Assembly (NCBI GenBank): GCA_002269645.1
Contig: NIVC01002445.1
Coordinates: 1 to 64,000 of the forward strand
Length of the DNA: 64,000 nt
Reading direction: 5' to 3'
Source of the DNA: Macrostomum lignano
Lineage: Eukaryota
In this document: piece by piece, positions 34,843 to 46,383 of the stretch
How the letters are laid out: each line of letters begins with the position of its first letter
Numbering within the stretch: the stretch's first letter is position 1
Translations under genes and position numbers: made by a program
Notes under the pieces: model-generated
The model's database searches: none
Told to the model about the DNA's origin: nothing
What the model saw: only the letters and a program-made list of their open reading frames with translations

Positions 34843-35279
34843 ATGCATTCTTGCCATCTAGTAAGATAGAAATGTGGGGAAGGAATTCTGTCGTAGACAA
34901 GTGGTTAAGCTCTGCTCAATGCACGTTAAACATTTTTTATTCCCTAGTATATTTCAATCTCGCGGCTTAGTGACTCGCGAATAGTACACTGTACATGTTG
35001 CCATAGACAAATGAATAATTGCTCAGCCGTTGACGGCTCTTTCAATTAAAAATTCGTTAAACTAAAAGTTTTTCTTCAACTCCAACAATTAGTCAGTCTA
35101 AACAGGGAAATATGCTGTCACCGAGAATGACATATCCTGGAAAAGGTCTCCACTGTTCCGTCTGGAATACTGTAAAAAGACTGCTATTTCACAAAATTCT
35201 AGCGTCGCTGACGCTGGCCAGCCATGAGGCGTTGCAATAATATAATTAATTACCTGGGCCGCTTACAAGAAGGAAGTTC

Positions 35280-35758
35280 AACGAATCAACGAACTGGTTC
35301 TCGTGTAGCTTCTTTTCAGTGTCCCGTCAACCAATCCACAAACGAATGGAAGTTCGGCGATGTCATAAAACTTCTGCGCAACGCCAAGCGGCTCAGGCCA
35401 TGCAACGAATTCGTGGAAAAACTCGCCGTTGATAGCTGCTGTAACACGCATCACGACGCGCGTCACTGTCGCTTCAGAAGGCCCATGCGCATCCCGGAGA
35501 ACGTGATAGAAACTGTTGATTGCATAAAACCTGTGTTTGCTCACGGGCAGTCAGGCTTCCACTTCTCGGGGCGTCGTATTCCAACTGCGGGCCAATACGC
35601 TCCATCGGAAATTCAAGCCTTTCTGGATTCACTCGGAAGCGCTGCTTGAGGTCATCACCGGCGTCGTAATTTACGCGATCATTTTTGATCTGTCTCGGTC
35701 GACGATTATCGACCGGGATATCAGCTAATTGAAGCGCGTCAAATAGTAGAATCTCCAT
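35280..35758 (-). pseudogene. Harbinger transposase N-terminal fragment (Harbinger-2)
   Basis: QRFRVNPE..LEYDAPRSGSLT..RFYAINSFYH...HGPSEATVTRVV.RV..AIN..VCGLVDGT, truncated just after the first catalytic Asp. Confidence 0.85.
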
Positions 35759-36485
35759 CCCTAGCCGCCTCTCGAGTATGCTAAACTTTAGCAGTTAAAG
35801 TTGTGTCCTTTTAGCAGAACTGAAACCGCGAACTAGCAGTCTGCTAAAACCAAGCCTTTGGACCATAGACATCGCTCAGAAACCCCTCATCCGACTGCTA
35901 GGCTCGTGAAGCCAAAAGTTAGCAGACTGGCAAAAATCTGTTTGGGACTGCTAGACTAATAAAACCAAAGCAGTGCTTCATGAAATTGGTCCCTAGAGAA
36001 TTGCTGCAAAGTCGCAAAGTTCCACAATTTTGCGGGCCGCACGGCCCTCAGAATCGTTGGTGTCTGCCAGTGATTTAGTCTATGGAATTTTTATCAAGTG
36101 TAGAAAATAATAATTTCAACAGTATAGTTATAACAGTATAAGTCAGCATAATAACAAAAGAATGTTTATAAACAGAAGCAGTTAGTTCGCTGTTGCTATG
36201 CCAAAAGGCTTTAGTGTTAAAAGTTAGGTTTAGTCTTTGGTTCAAAGTACCGCAATAGTACTTGTAGAGCTGTAGCTCTGAGACCGTAAGTAAGAACTCA
36301 GGCTTCGAATCCCTAACTCTATTCCTACTGACCTTGAGCTTCTGCTCAAACTCAGAGAAAATCCTCAATGTTTGAGGTGGAACTCGCAAGTTTTTACTCA
36401 CTTTATTCATAAGGCCTATTGTCCTTTGCACCCATTTTGTGATGAACCGGGGGAAGAATCCCAAGCCTGACCCGGGTTCGTGTAC

Positions 36486-36653
36486 TGATCCTTAGCGCTA
36501 CGGTCGTCCAACCTACCCGCGTACGACGCAGAGTCGGTTGGGATCAGGCCAATCGAGCGTACGACGCACGGTGGCCTCCAGCTAAGCAGACGACGCTGAG
36601 CTGGTTGGGGTGGGAATCGGCGTACGACGCTATCTATCCCGGCTAAGCCCTAA
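36486..36653. other. Array of four stem-loops sharing a GCGTACGACGC-type apical motif
   Basis: Stems CCAACC/GGTTGG, AGGCCA/TGGCCT, CCAGCT/AGCTGG and GGGA/TCCC each enclose GCGTACGACGC, or the variant AGCAGACGACGCT in the third. Confidence 0.55.
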
Positions 36654-36909
36654 ACATGCAAACCCCGAAAAGACAAAGACAGAGTGCTCACGTTTCGCTT
36701 GCGGAATGGCCCAGGCCAGGCTTGGTTGTTGGCTCGACTCCGAGATGCAGATCGCCACTATATTTGTGCAGTCGCAAAGCAGATACAAACTCAGTCGCAG
36801 AGTTGCAACAACAGAGCAGGAGCGAGAGCGAGGAAAACAAGGGCCGCAGAGGCCTCATATGGGCAGGCATAATACGGGGGGGAAGCGCCAGACAGAAAAG
36901 CCCCGGGGC

Positions 36910-37090
36910 TTGCAGCCAATCAGAGAGCGCCAACTGGCCTGCCTGCGCCGGGGGGGGAGTACATTGCAAAGCCTGGGGAGGGGTTGAGAGAAAAACAAGA
37001 AACAAGTGGGGCTACTCAGAACGGGTCTCCGCCAATCAGAAGCCGGGGGCTGACGCAAGCGTCAGGGGGTGGGGCACATAAAAAATAGCG
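36910..37090 (+). promoter_or_regulatory. Pol II promoter-like cluster
   Basis: CCAAT at 36916 and 37032 (both in GCCAATCAGA), palindromic CTGACGCAAGCGTCAG at 37050-65, GGGGTGGGG at 37066-74 and CATAAAAAA at 37077, in canonical order. Confidence 0.4.
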
Positions 37091-37993
37091 ACGGAAAAAG
37101 AGAAGGTCAGGGGGCTTGATAGAGTACACAACAGGGAGGGCTTCACAACCAAAAGGGCAGGCGGGGAGGGGCGCATTCATCACAATTAATTAGCTTAATT
37201 TTCAATTCACGCACTTGATAAATTACAAAAGAGCTACAGAGGGAACCAGAATGATCCTACCTAGAACACAAAGCACAGATCATACTCTTAGAAAATCACA
37301 AACGCGCTGCCAGCAAAGCAAGTATCCATCTGGCGCCTGATCCACTGGGATGTCGGCTCCGGTGAGCGACGATGAAGGATAAAAAAGCGAGATAGGGCGG
37401 CAGCCGGTGGCCGTGCAGGTGGCCGGGGGGCCGAACCGCCTGCCTGCCTGCCCGGATCTCCTGCTGCGCGGCTTGGCGCGAGCGGCAGACAATGGGAATG
37501 GTGGGGGGGGGGGGTTGCCGGCAAAAAGCCGGTGCTGCGGGATGAAAGGACTGCAGCTGGGTGTGGGCAAAAAAGCAGACATTTGATTGCTGCTGAGAAA
37601 GTGGTTCTCAGTGCAAATGGATTCGCTGCAGCAGTAAAATTCTGAGGGCCGCAGATTCAATGCAGCCCCGAGGGCCTCAAGAGCCGGAGAGAAGGACCCG
37701 GACAGTCAGCTGAAAGCTTTGCACGAAACGGCACGTTTGGAACTCCCTTTCCTCACAGATTTTTGCCTTTCTTCATTTTCCATTTACCGTCAGGCAGGAG
37801 ACAAAATGGAGGGCGCTGAGACAATGGTCCGATGCGGGAGGGGCGATAGAGAGGAAGCGGCGGCCGAGCTGAGTGAGCCTTTTGCTCAGAAAAGCCGGCG
37901 GGCAAATTGGAAAGCAAAAAAAGCGAATTGAGTTGGGGTTTGGGATTTTCTGACTTGCGATGTGGATATGGGCTTGTCTCAGGCTCTGATGGG

Positions 37994-38629
37994 TCTGTAG
38001 GGGATCTGGGACTGTGGCTGTCTGTAGGTACAGAATGCTCTAGGGATTTGGGACTGTGGCTGTCTGTAGGTGCAGAATACTCTAGGGATCTGAAACTGTG
38101 GCTGTCTGTAGGTGCAGAATACTCTAGGGATCTGGAACTGTGGCTGTCTGTAGGTGCAGAATACTCTAGGGATCTGGAACTGTGGCTGTCTGTAGGTGCA
38201 GAATGCTCTAGGGATCTGGAACTGTGGCTGTCTGTAGGTGCAGAATGCTCTAGGGATCTGGAACTGTGGCTGTCTGTAGGTACATAATACTCTAGGGATC
38301 TGGAACTGTGGCTGTCTGTAGGTGCAGAATGCTCTAGGGATCTGGGACTGTGGCTGTCTGTAGGTACATAATACTCTAGGGATCTGGAACTGTGGCTGTC
38401 TGTAGGTACATAATACTCTAGGGATCTGGAACTGTGAGGTGTCTGTAGGTACATAATACTCTAGGGATCTGGAACTGTGAGGTGTCTGTAGGTACAGAAT
38501 ACTCTAGGGATCTGGGACTGTGAGGTGTCTGTATAGGTACATAATACTCTAGGGATCTGGGACTGTGAGGTGTCTGTAGGTACAGAATACTCTAGGGATC
38601 TGGGACTGCGGCTGTCTGCAGGTACAGAA
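37994..38629. repeat. 42-bp minisatellite, ~15 copies
   Basis: Unit CTGTGGCTGTCTGTAGGTACAGAATACTCTAGGGATCTGGAA. Confidence 0.97.
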
Positions 38630-39099
38630 ATTCAGTTTGCCTGCACCCGGGAACCTGGTGCTCTCGTGTACGCCGTTGAAACTCTTCTTTCAGTTTTCAG
38701 GTTTGTTGCAAGAAATTTTCAAGCAAAATATAATAACTGCGATTTAAGTATATCCATGAATAAGCATTTCGTAACTGCTTATTTTTATCCAGCCCACAAA
38801 TAGTTGAGCACAAATGGTCATAGCAGTGTGATCTAGAGTGTACTATAGTGTTATAATTTGGTTATTCAATTCGAGCAGGCATATATTTTAGGCATCATTA
38901 ATTAAAATCCAAGCAAGCAGAATTCGAATTTTGAACGGAACTGAACAGTTTTTATGGTGCATTGGGCAAAAATTTCCTGACTAGGGGGCCTAAAACAGCA
39001 ACCACTGCTCAGACTCTTTAGGGCTCGTCAGTACTCTTTAGACATGGCAAAACTGTCACATTTTTAAACTTGCTGTTACATTTATTTAAAATAGTTTTA

Positions 39100-39180
39100 G
39101 CATAGATATTTTGCTAAAATCGATCACACACACACACATACACACACACACATACCGACAGACCATTTTTAGTATATGGA
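39100..39180 (-). mobile_element. End of a non-autonomous Helitron-like element (microsatellite plus ACCATTTTTAGTATATGG)
   Basis: The same 18-mer occurs at ~39162, 55383 and 63022. At 39.1 and 63.0 kb it is preceded by CTAAAATYGATC and a microsatellite, a layout like Lep1/DINE-type elements. Confidence 0.45.
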
Positions 39181-40021
39181 ATATTGCTCATCGGCAGTGT
39201 CAGAGAGTGTCTGATGACAGAACCTCAGAACTAGTAAATATCTCAACTGGACTGGCATCATCTGCCCTCTGAGCCTGCCAGCATTATTAAATATTAGAAG
39301 CTTTTCACGGGCACGGGCTTCTGAAAAAAAAAACAAAGGAAAAGACAAAAAAACACGCACGAAGAATACACAAAAGCGAGTGAGGATGAGTGAGTAGACA
39401 AAAAACAAACATCTATGCTGGTCTGCGGGGTCAAGAGGCTGGTATGCGAGTTCAGAGCGGCAGAGGTGTACAATTAAAAGTACAATAATATCGTATGTAC
39501 AGTATGATGACCCGGCCGTTCCTCATCGTTGACAAAGCGAAGGCCAGAGAATTAAAGCAATCTTCAAAACGTGAGGACTTGAAAACAAGCTTGGGATTGA
39601 AATTCGGGATTAAGAGTAGGATCAGTTGAGTTTAGCTAGCAAGCCTTACACTGCAGCCGCTCGGCATTGCCAAAGGCGCTTTCAGATCCATCGGCTTTTG
39701 TCGTAGAAGTTCGTTACTGATGGATCAGCATTGGCTACTCTGAACTACCGGTCGGGATACAAAGGGGCTCAGAGGGGTTCACAGAGGAATATTCATAGCC
39801 AATCAGTGAGGGCCTCAAGGTGGCAGCAAGCCACTTTTCTGAACTCAACTTAGTTTAACGAGTTCATCTGTCTTGACAACAGATGCCACAGAGCAGGAAA
39901 TGGCCTCATGCGACTGACAGAGCAGCTGTACATAGCTATAATATGCTGCGTATTCTAGACAATATGTTTTGAGTGAGTCAGTTTTGAGTCGAGCGTCAAT
40001 TGATGAATCGCTGAGCTCCGA

Positions 40022-40584
40022 TCACATGCTGCCGATGGCACTTGAGTGCAGCTCGCCTGGGCTGCCGGGCTCCAACTGGTGGTGATGGCTCTGATGGTGG
40101 CCATTGTGCATGCCATAGTGCGCCTGCTGCATGTACATCATGTGCATCTCACCGGACCCAACTGCTGGCGACTCCCGCTGCTGATGGGGCTGCTGATGAT
40201 GATGCTGGTGATGCTGGACCGGACTAGAACTCGGACTGCCGCACTCCTGTTTGCCAACCAGCAGCTGGTAGACTCCATCACCGCCAGCCTGCTTCTGCAT
40301 CTGTCCGCCTCCTCCGCCGTGGTGCTGGCCGCCAACCAGCATGCCGTAGCCGGTGGGCGGAGAACCGGGCGGGTAGCCGCCGTAGACAGCGGAGCCACCG
40401 CCGCTGTACGGCCCCATGGACTGCTGAAGGTAGCCGCCGTACTGCCCCATGACAGCCTGCTGGTAGTCCGTCGGCCCGCCGTGGTGCAGGTACTGCTGGG
40501 CGGCCATGTAGCCGGCCGGGCCGCTGTACAAATCTCTCGGCAAAGCGGAGTTCGCCGCCGTCAAGCCCTGCTGCGGACCTCCAG

Positions 40585-40618
<34 letters not shown>

Positions 40619-41056
40619 GCCGCCACCGCCGCTGCTGTAGCGGTCCTGCCGTTTCAGCAGGGTCTTGGTCTTGCGCCGCGGCCTGTACTTATAGTCTGGA
40701 TGGTCCTTCATGTGAATGGCGCGCAGCCGCTTGGCCTCGTCGATGAAGGGCCGCTTCTCGGTCTCGCTGAGATTCTTCCACTCGATGCCAAGCCGCTTGC
40801 TGATCTCCGAGTTGTGCATCTTTGGATTCTCCTGCGCCATCTTGCGGCGCTGGCCCCGGCTCCACACCATGAAGGCGTTCATCGGCCGCTTCACCCGGTC
40901 CTCCTTCTTGCCGCCAACGCCTGCGCCGCCGTGGACTGGAGGTCCTTCATGGTGCTGATGCTGATGCTGGTGATGATGAGGCGGAGGTGGCTGCTGCTTG
41001 TGGCCCGGCGACATGACAGATGGTGCGCTGTTGTTATTGCTGCTTCCGGGAGTCAC
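40022..41056 (-). CDS. SoxB1: SoxB1-group HMG-box transcription factor, HMG-containing exon (stand-alone ATG at 41014 if unspliced)
   Basis: [39 protein letters not shown]...[34 protein letters not shown] is a group-B HMG box. KTKT after RPRR favours B1 over B2 (KPK). Followed by Gly/Gln/His-rich C-terminus. Confidence 0.95.
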
Positions 41057-41173
41057 CTTCAATGATTTTTTTTAACGGAAAAAGTCCGAGTAAGACGCAG
41101 TGAAGAAGACGTAGATTTTAGACTTTCGTTTTTTTATTAATGATCATGGAATATACTGAGCCTTTGTACCTCA

Positions 41174-42106
41174 TTCCTGTGAGCAGTTAGTGCCGCTACC
41201 CCCTGTTCCTGTGAGCAGTTAGTGTCGCTACCCCCTATTCCTGTGAGCAGTGACTGCCGCAACCCCCTGTTCCTGTGAGCAGTGAGTGTCGCTACCCCCT
41301 GTTCCTGTGAGCAGTGAGTGTCGCTACCCCCTGTTTCTGTGAGCAGTTAGTGCCGCAACCCCCTGTTCCTGTGAGCAGTGACTGCCGCAACCCCCTGTTC
41401 CTGTGAGCAGTGACTGCCGCAACCCCCTGTTCCTGTGAGCAGTGAGTGCCGCAACCCCCTGTTCCTGTGAGCAGTGAGTGTCGCTACCCCCTATTCCTGT
41501 GAGCAGTGAGTGTCGCTACCCCCTATTCCTGTGAGCAGTTAGTGCCGCAACCCCCTGTTCCTGTGAGCAGTAAGTGTCGCTACCCCCTATTCCTGTGAGC
41601 AGTGAGTGTCGCTACCCCCTATTCCTGTGAGCAGTGAGTGTCGCTACCCCCTGTTCCTGTGAGCAGTGAGTGTCGCTACCCCCTATTCCTGTGAGCAGTG
41701 AGTGTCGCTACCCCCTATTCCTGTGAGCAGTGAGTGTCGCTACCCCCTGTTCCTGTGAGCAGTGAGTGTCGCTACCCCCTATTCCTGTGAGCAGTTAGTG
41801 CCGCAACCCCCTGTTCCTGTGAGCAGTGAGTGTCGCTACCCCCTATTCCTGTGAGCAGTGATTGTCGCTACCCCCTATTCCTGTGAGCAGTGAGTGTCGC
41901 TACCCCCTATTCCTGTGAGCAGTGAGTGTCGCTACCCCCTGTTCCTGTGAGCAGTGAGTGTTGCTACCCCCTATTCCTGTCACCCTGTGAGCAGTGAGTG
42001 TCGCTACCCCCTGTTCCTGTGAGCAGTGAGTGTCGCTACCCCCTGTTCCTGTGAGCAGTGAGTGCCGCAACCCCCTGTTCCTGTGAGCAGTGACTGCCGC
42101 AACCCC
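41174..42106. repeat. 32-bp minisatellite, ~29 copies (in the putative SoxB1 intron)
   Basis: Unit TTCCTGTGAGCAGTGAGTGTCGCTACCCCCTR. Confidence 0.97.
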
Positions 42107-43427
42107 AAGGTCCTTCAGTGGACTTGGACACCCCCTCTACTTCTTATTTTCTCAGTAGGCTCCGCTGCAAGCAAACCGAGTTACGGAGATCTGCTCATAT
42201 CGACAAAGATAATTAGCAGTCTGTTTAGAATTTATCATATGCGAGCGCTGAATGTTGATCCACAGGATTTTCTTAATTTGCCGGACTCAGGGACTAACAA
42301 GCACACCGGGAGTCGTCCCGGATACCGCGGATCCTTCGCAGCTGCTGCACCTCCGAAATGTCGCGCTCGCTAGGGGGCTTCGTCAAAGCCCGGTCCTCCA
42401 CCCCGCGATCCACAGGGGGTCCCCGACCCCGGCCCCTACCTAGCACGGCGGGCGGAACACCTGCAAAGTTTTGCTCCGCCTAACGAGGCGTAATTATTTT
42501 TTCGGCCGCGTACGGCCCGACCCGACCAGTGGGTATCCGAGAAGCTTCGGCGGCGCCTTAGCGACTAATTGTTTCTTAACAGCGACTCAGCGAGTACAGA
42601 AAGTGGCTGCTCCCCTCCGCCCCACTTCAGGGGGCTGGCGGGCTTCGGGGCAAGTGGGAGAGAATAACGAAACGAAAGGTGAAGACGGGCCTCCGCCAAT
42701 CTACCTTCGTGTTTCCCCTTCCTAGGGGTCGGCCCCTCCATCCCCTCTCCGGAGCCCCCCCCATTCCCGCACCCGCATCTGCCCAACAACGCGAGCGGGG
42801 GGTCCGCGAGGTCCCCGATTCTCCCGCGCCACGCAGCTTCCCCGCTTCTTCTTCATCCCCTCTCCCCACGCGACTGGCGTCCCCGCCCCCCTCAGGCCCA
42901 AATTCTCCTATCAATTATCAATCATTTCCTGGGGCTCCTGCCTGCTTGAGTTGGGGCTGGGGTGCAATATTCCCCAACTCCACTTCGGGGATGCCCAATT
43001 TCGAGTTGGAGAAATTCTTCCCAACTAAGCATGCCTCATCAGGCTGAGCTCAACAGATGAGGACGCGGCGCCCATCTTTCACCTGGCGCGAAAAAATTCC
43101 AGCTTCCGCCGAGGCGGTGAGCAGCCAGAACAGCCGATTGCTTCTCCCACGAAGGGAGTCGTTCTCTGGGTCCCAACTCATACAGTCCCTTCTATGCCGG
43201 CGCAGGGATCCCCAGATTGGGAAGGTGGCCCATCGATTTCCTGAGCGCTATTTTTCTTTCCGAACTCGCGAATTCCGACCGGCACAGCAGGCGGTTGATA
43301 ATTTTTATATTTTATTGGCTTCTATCGATTCTTGGGGTTGAAGGGATACTTTGCCGGCTCACGGGATGCTGCACCCCCGTGAGTTGAGCATGGTGAGCCT
43401 TCTCTGCCCTGCCTATCTGGCGTGTGC

Positions 43428-43665
<238 letters not shown>

Positions 43666-43702
43666 CTACTCTACTCTGATCTCCTTACAGTCAGTGACTC
43701 AC

Positions 43703-43823
43703 CGAAGCCGAATGCGCACCGGTGCCGCCCTCAGCTGAAGCTGGCGATGACGGGTCAAAGTCGCTGCCGCCGCCACCCCCGGGGCTGCCAGTTGGCATGC
43801 AGGGCTGGCGCAGCATCTGGCTG

Positions 43824-43859
<36 letters not shown>

Positions 43860-44140
43860 AGCAACATCTGATGCGGCGGGGCGCCGTAGGTGGCTGCTGC
43901 GGCCGCGGACTCTGCAGCGTAGAGATGATCGTAGCGACCAGGAGCGGCGGCGTGCTGCGGCAGGTAGCCGCCCAGCCTGACGGCGTCCTGCATGCCAGCC
44001 GCCGCTGCCGCTGCTGCCGCCGCCGCGGCCGCCTGCTGCTGAATATGATGGCCGTGATGGCTGTGACTGTGGTGATGATGGTGCAAGTAGGCCTGAGCCG
44101 CCTCCCTGCAGTGCTGCTGCGACTGCAGCTCCGTTGCCAT
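43703..44140 (-). CDS. SoxB1: Putative SoxB1 exon 1 (146 codons; polyH, polyA, polyQ)
   Basis: Starts MATELQSQQ, compare vertebrate Sox2 METELK. Same low-complexity style as the HMG exon. Strong phase-0 donor TCG|GTGAGT at 43703/43702 and in-frame acceptor TTGAAG|GTG at 41057/41056. Confidence 0.7.
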
Positions 44141-44805
44141 GGAGTCTCTAGGGTGTGTTGATTATGGATTGATTTTTAACCGATATCGCGAGCTGTTCAC
44201 TAAAACCTGAGCCCCGTTGGAGTGTCTTTTCTAGCCTCTCGTGTCCTCTTCAGAGAATTGTGCCTTGACAATGCCTCTATTGTGCTGTAGCCTGGCGGGG
44301 TGTCGGTGCAGCTTGGGAAATAAGCAGAGAAGGAAGGGGCTTGAAGAAGGAGGAAGCCAGTCCTATCTATGGGGTCTGGGAATTCGGGATAAGGAATGAG
44401 GCTCGGGCAAGTGCTGAGGCAACTGGGGCTTTGAGCAGCCGATTCGCCAATCTGCAGCCCAGCCAATGCCAGCCAGTCTGAGTTTAGGGGTTGGAGAAGA
44501 GTTTGGCCTGTGAGTTCCCCGAGCCTTCCCCGAGCTCTGTGAGCTGGTTGGCTTGGAGCTGGGGGTGCGGCCGCCGCCACGGAAGAGCTTTCGAATCTTC
44601 GGCTCGAGTTTTCCATTTTTTAATATTTAGTTTCATAAATGGCCTCTAAAACTCGAGTAATTTCGCATAGGGAATGGGGATGTTAAACATTCCATGCCTT
44701 CTTCTACAATTGCATTATGTATATGCCCCCATATCAGATGCTCATGTCCTCACCACATAATCGCTAATTTACCTATTCAATAAATATAAAATTCTGTTCT
44801 CAATT

Positions 44806-45117
44806 CTCAAACTGTCCCATCCTCAAACTGTCCCATCCTCAAACTGTCCCATCCTCAAACTGTCCCATCCTCAAACTGTCCCATCCTCAAACTGTCCCAT
44901 CCTCAAACTGTCCCATCCTCAAACTGTCCCATCCTCAAACTGTCCCATCTTCAAACTGTCCCATCCTCAAACTGTCCCATCCTCAAACTGTCCCATCCTC
45001 AAACTGTCCCATCCTCAAACTGTCCCATCCTCAAACTGTCCCATCCTCAAACTGTCCCATCCTCAAACTGTCCCATCCTCAAACTGTCCCATCCTCAAAC
45101 TATCCCATCCTCAAACT
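44806..45117. repeat. 16-bp minisatellite, ~19 copies, ~670 bp upstream of the putative SoxB1 ATG
   Basis: Unit CCTCAAACTGTCCCAT. Confidence 0.98.
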
Positions 45118-46220
45118 CTGCTAAAAAACTTCCAAAAGTGTTCAGCGGAGCAAGACAGACCGGGTTCGGGCAGCCCCAGCAAGTGGTTAAACAAAGACAT
45201 GCAAAGGGAAAAGTTTATGCAGTTAAAAAAATCCCACAAAACTAACTAATTTCGGTATAAGGAATCAACCACAAGGCACAGTATGAACGGGTCCTCATCA
45301 GTCACGCTCAGTTCACGGCTCTGAATTCTTGCCATCCCCCCAGAGCAGCGGGGGCCGCCGCCCCCCCCCCGCGCTGGGAAGTTGAGCCACCCTCAATTCC
45401 CACCGGGCCGGCACGAGTGCAAGGGGCAGCACCCATGACAGAAATCCTATATGCTCGTAGGAGTTCCAGCACGAGTGGGCCTCCATGCCCCACGCATGGT
45501 TCCCCAAGGCACCGAGCCACCTGTGACATCTCCAACTGACTAAAACTCTTAAAGTTAAAGTAAGCTGTGAGTTGCACAGGGAAGACTCCAATCTGCTTTA
45601 GCTCAAACCCTTAATGGCCCAAACAATCAGTAAGAATTCGTACAGACCCCATTCGAACATCTGTACAAAGCCACACAATGAGCAGTATAATGAAGGTCAA
45701 GTCGTCCAATCTTTTTTTCGAGTCCGGCCCAAATCACAAAAGTACAAAACGTTCTAATGAAAGGAATTTGAAAGATTTGCACCCTCCCTATTCCGTTGTG
45801 CCTGACTTGATAACACATTCGATAGCAACCTTGAAGTGTACTAAATAATAAAGAAAATTTCTGGTGCACATGCCCCATTTGTCTCTACGAGTAAATTACG
45901 AAGACCCCAAGCTGCTTTATAATTTTTCTCAAGCAAATTATTTTTGACTGACAGGCGCTGAGTCCCGGCATAAGAAGATTCCCAACAGCGGTGTGAACCA
46001 GGCTGGAAATCTGGTGGAAAGCCGGCAGAGAGAGGAGGAGCTATGGAAATAGTAAAGTCCATAGGATCTCCTGCCTCTAGCCAAGTCCAGCACACCCATG
46101 CCCCCGACTGTGGATTTGTTGAAGCGCTAATCTCACCGCGCGTTGCAGCAGTGCCTTAATCCAATCCAATAGTTACAATAGTTGAGTTTGATCGGCAAAT
46201 AAGAAGCTGTGGTAAGAATC

Positions 46221-46383
46221 TGTGGCGCTGTCTGAGATCAGTGTGGCGCTGTCTGAGATCAGTGTGGCGCTGTCTGAGATCATTGTGGCGCTGTCTGAGA
46301 TCAGTGTGGCGCTGTCTGAAATCAGTGTGGCGCTGTCTGAGATCAGTGTGGCGCTGTCTGAGATCAGTGTGGCGCTGTCTGAG
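46221..46383. repeat. 21-bp minisatellite, ~8 copies
   Basis: Unit TGTGGCGCTGTCTGAGATCAG. Confidence 0.97.

Larger units (their letters stand above)
18191..35994 (-). mobile_element. PIF/Harbinger element (Harbinger-2); probable outer shell of a ~17.8-kb nest
   Basis: 24-bp TIRs with one mismatch: AGGGACCGATTTCATGAAGCACTG (18191-18214) and CAGTGCTTCATGAAATTGGTCCCT (35971-35994). CAGTCTGCTAA subterminal repeats near both ends. The 3-bp flanks do not match, so the ends may belong to two different copies. Confidence 0.6.

Noticed and set aside
21590-34970. piggyBac TIRs and TTAA target duplication
   Set aside because: No convincing TTAA-CCC...GGG-TTAA pair was found, so element ends are not called.
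36641-36656. CTAAGCCCTAA resembling a pistol ribozyme segment
   Set aside because: The other pistol elements and their order are absent; likely just a closing strand of the hairpin domain.
40046-41065. 339-aa plus-strand ORF antisense to SoxB1, and similar antisense ORFs over the LINEs and gypsy
   Set aside because: Shadow ORFs of GC-rich coding sequence with no independent motifs.
41174-42106. CRISPR-like array interpretation of the 32-bp (and 42-, 31-bp) repeats
   Set aside because: Units are head-to-tail with no unique spacers, there are no cas genes, and the context is eukaryotic.
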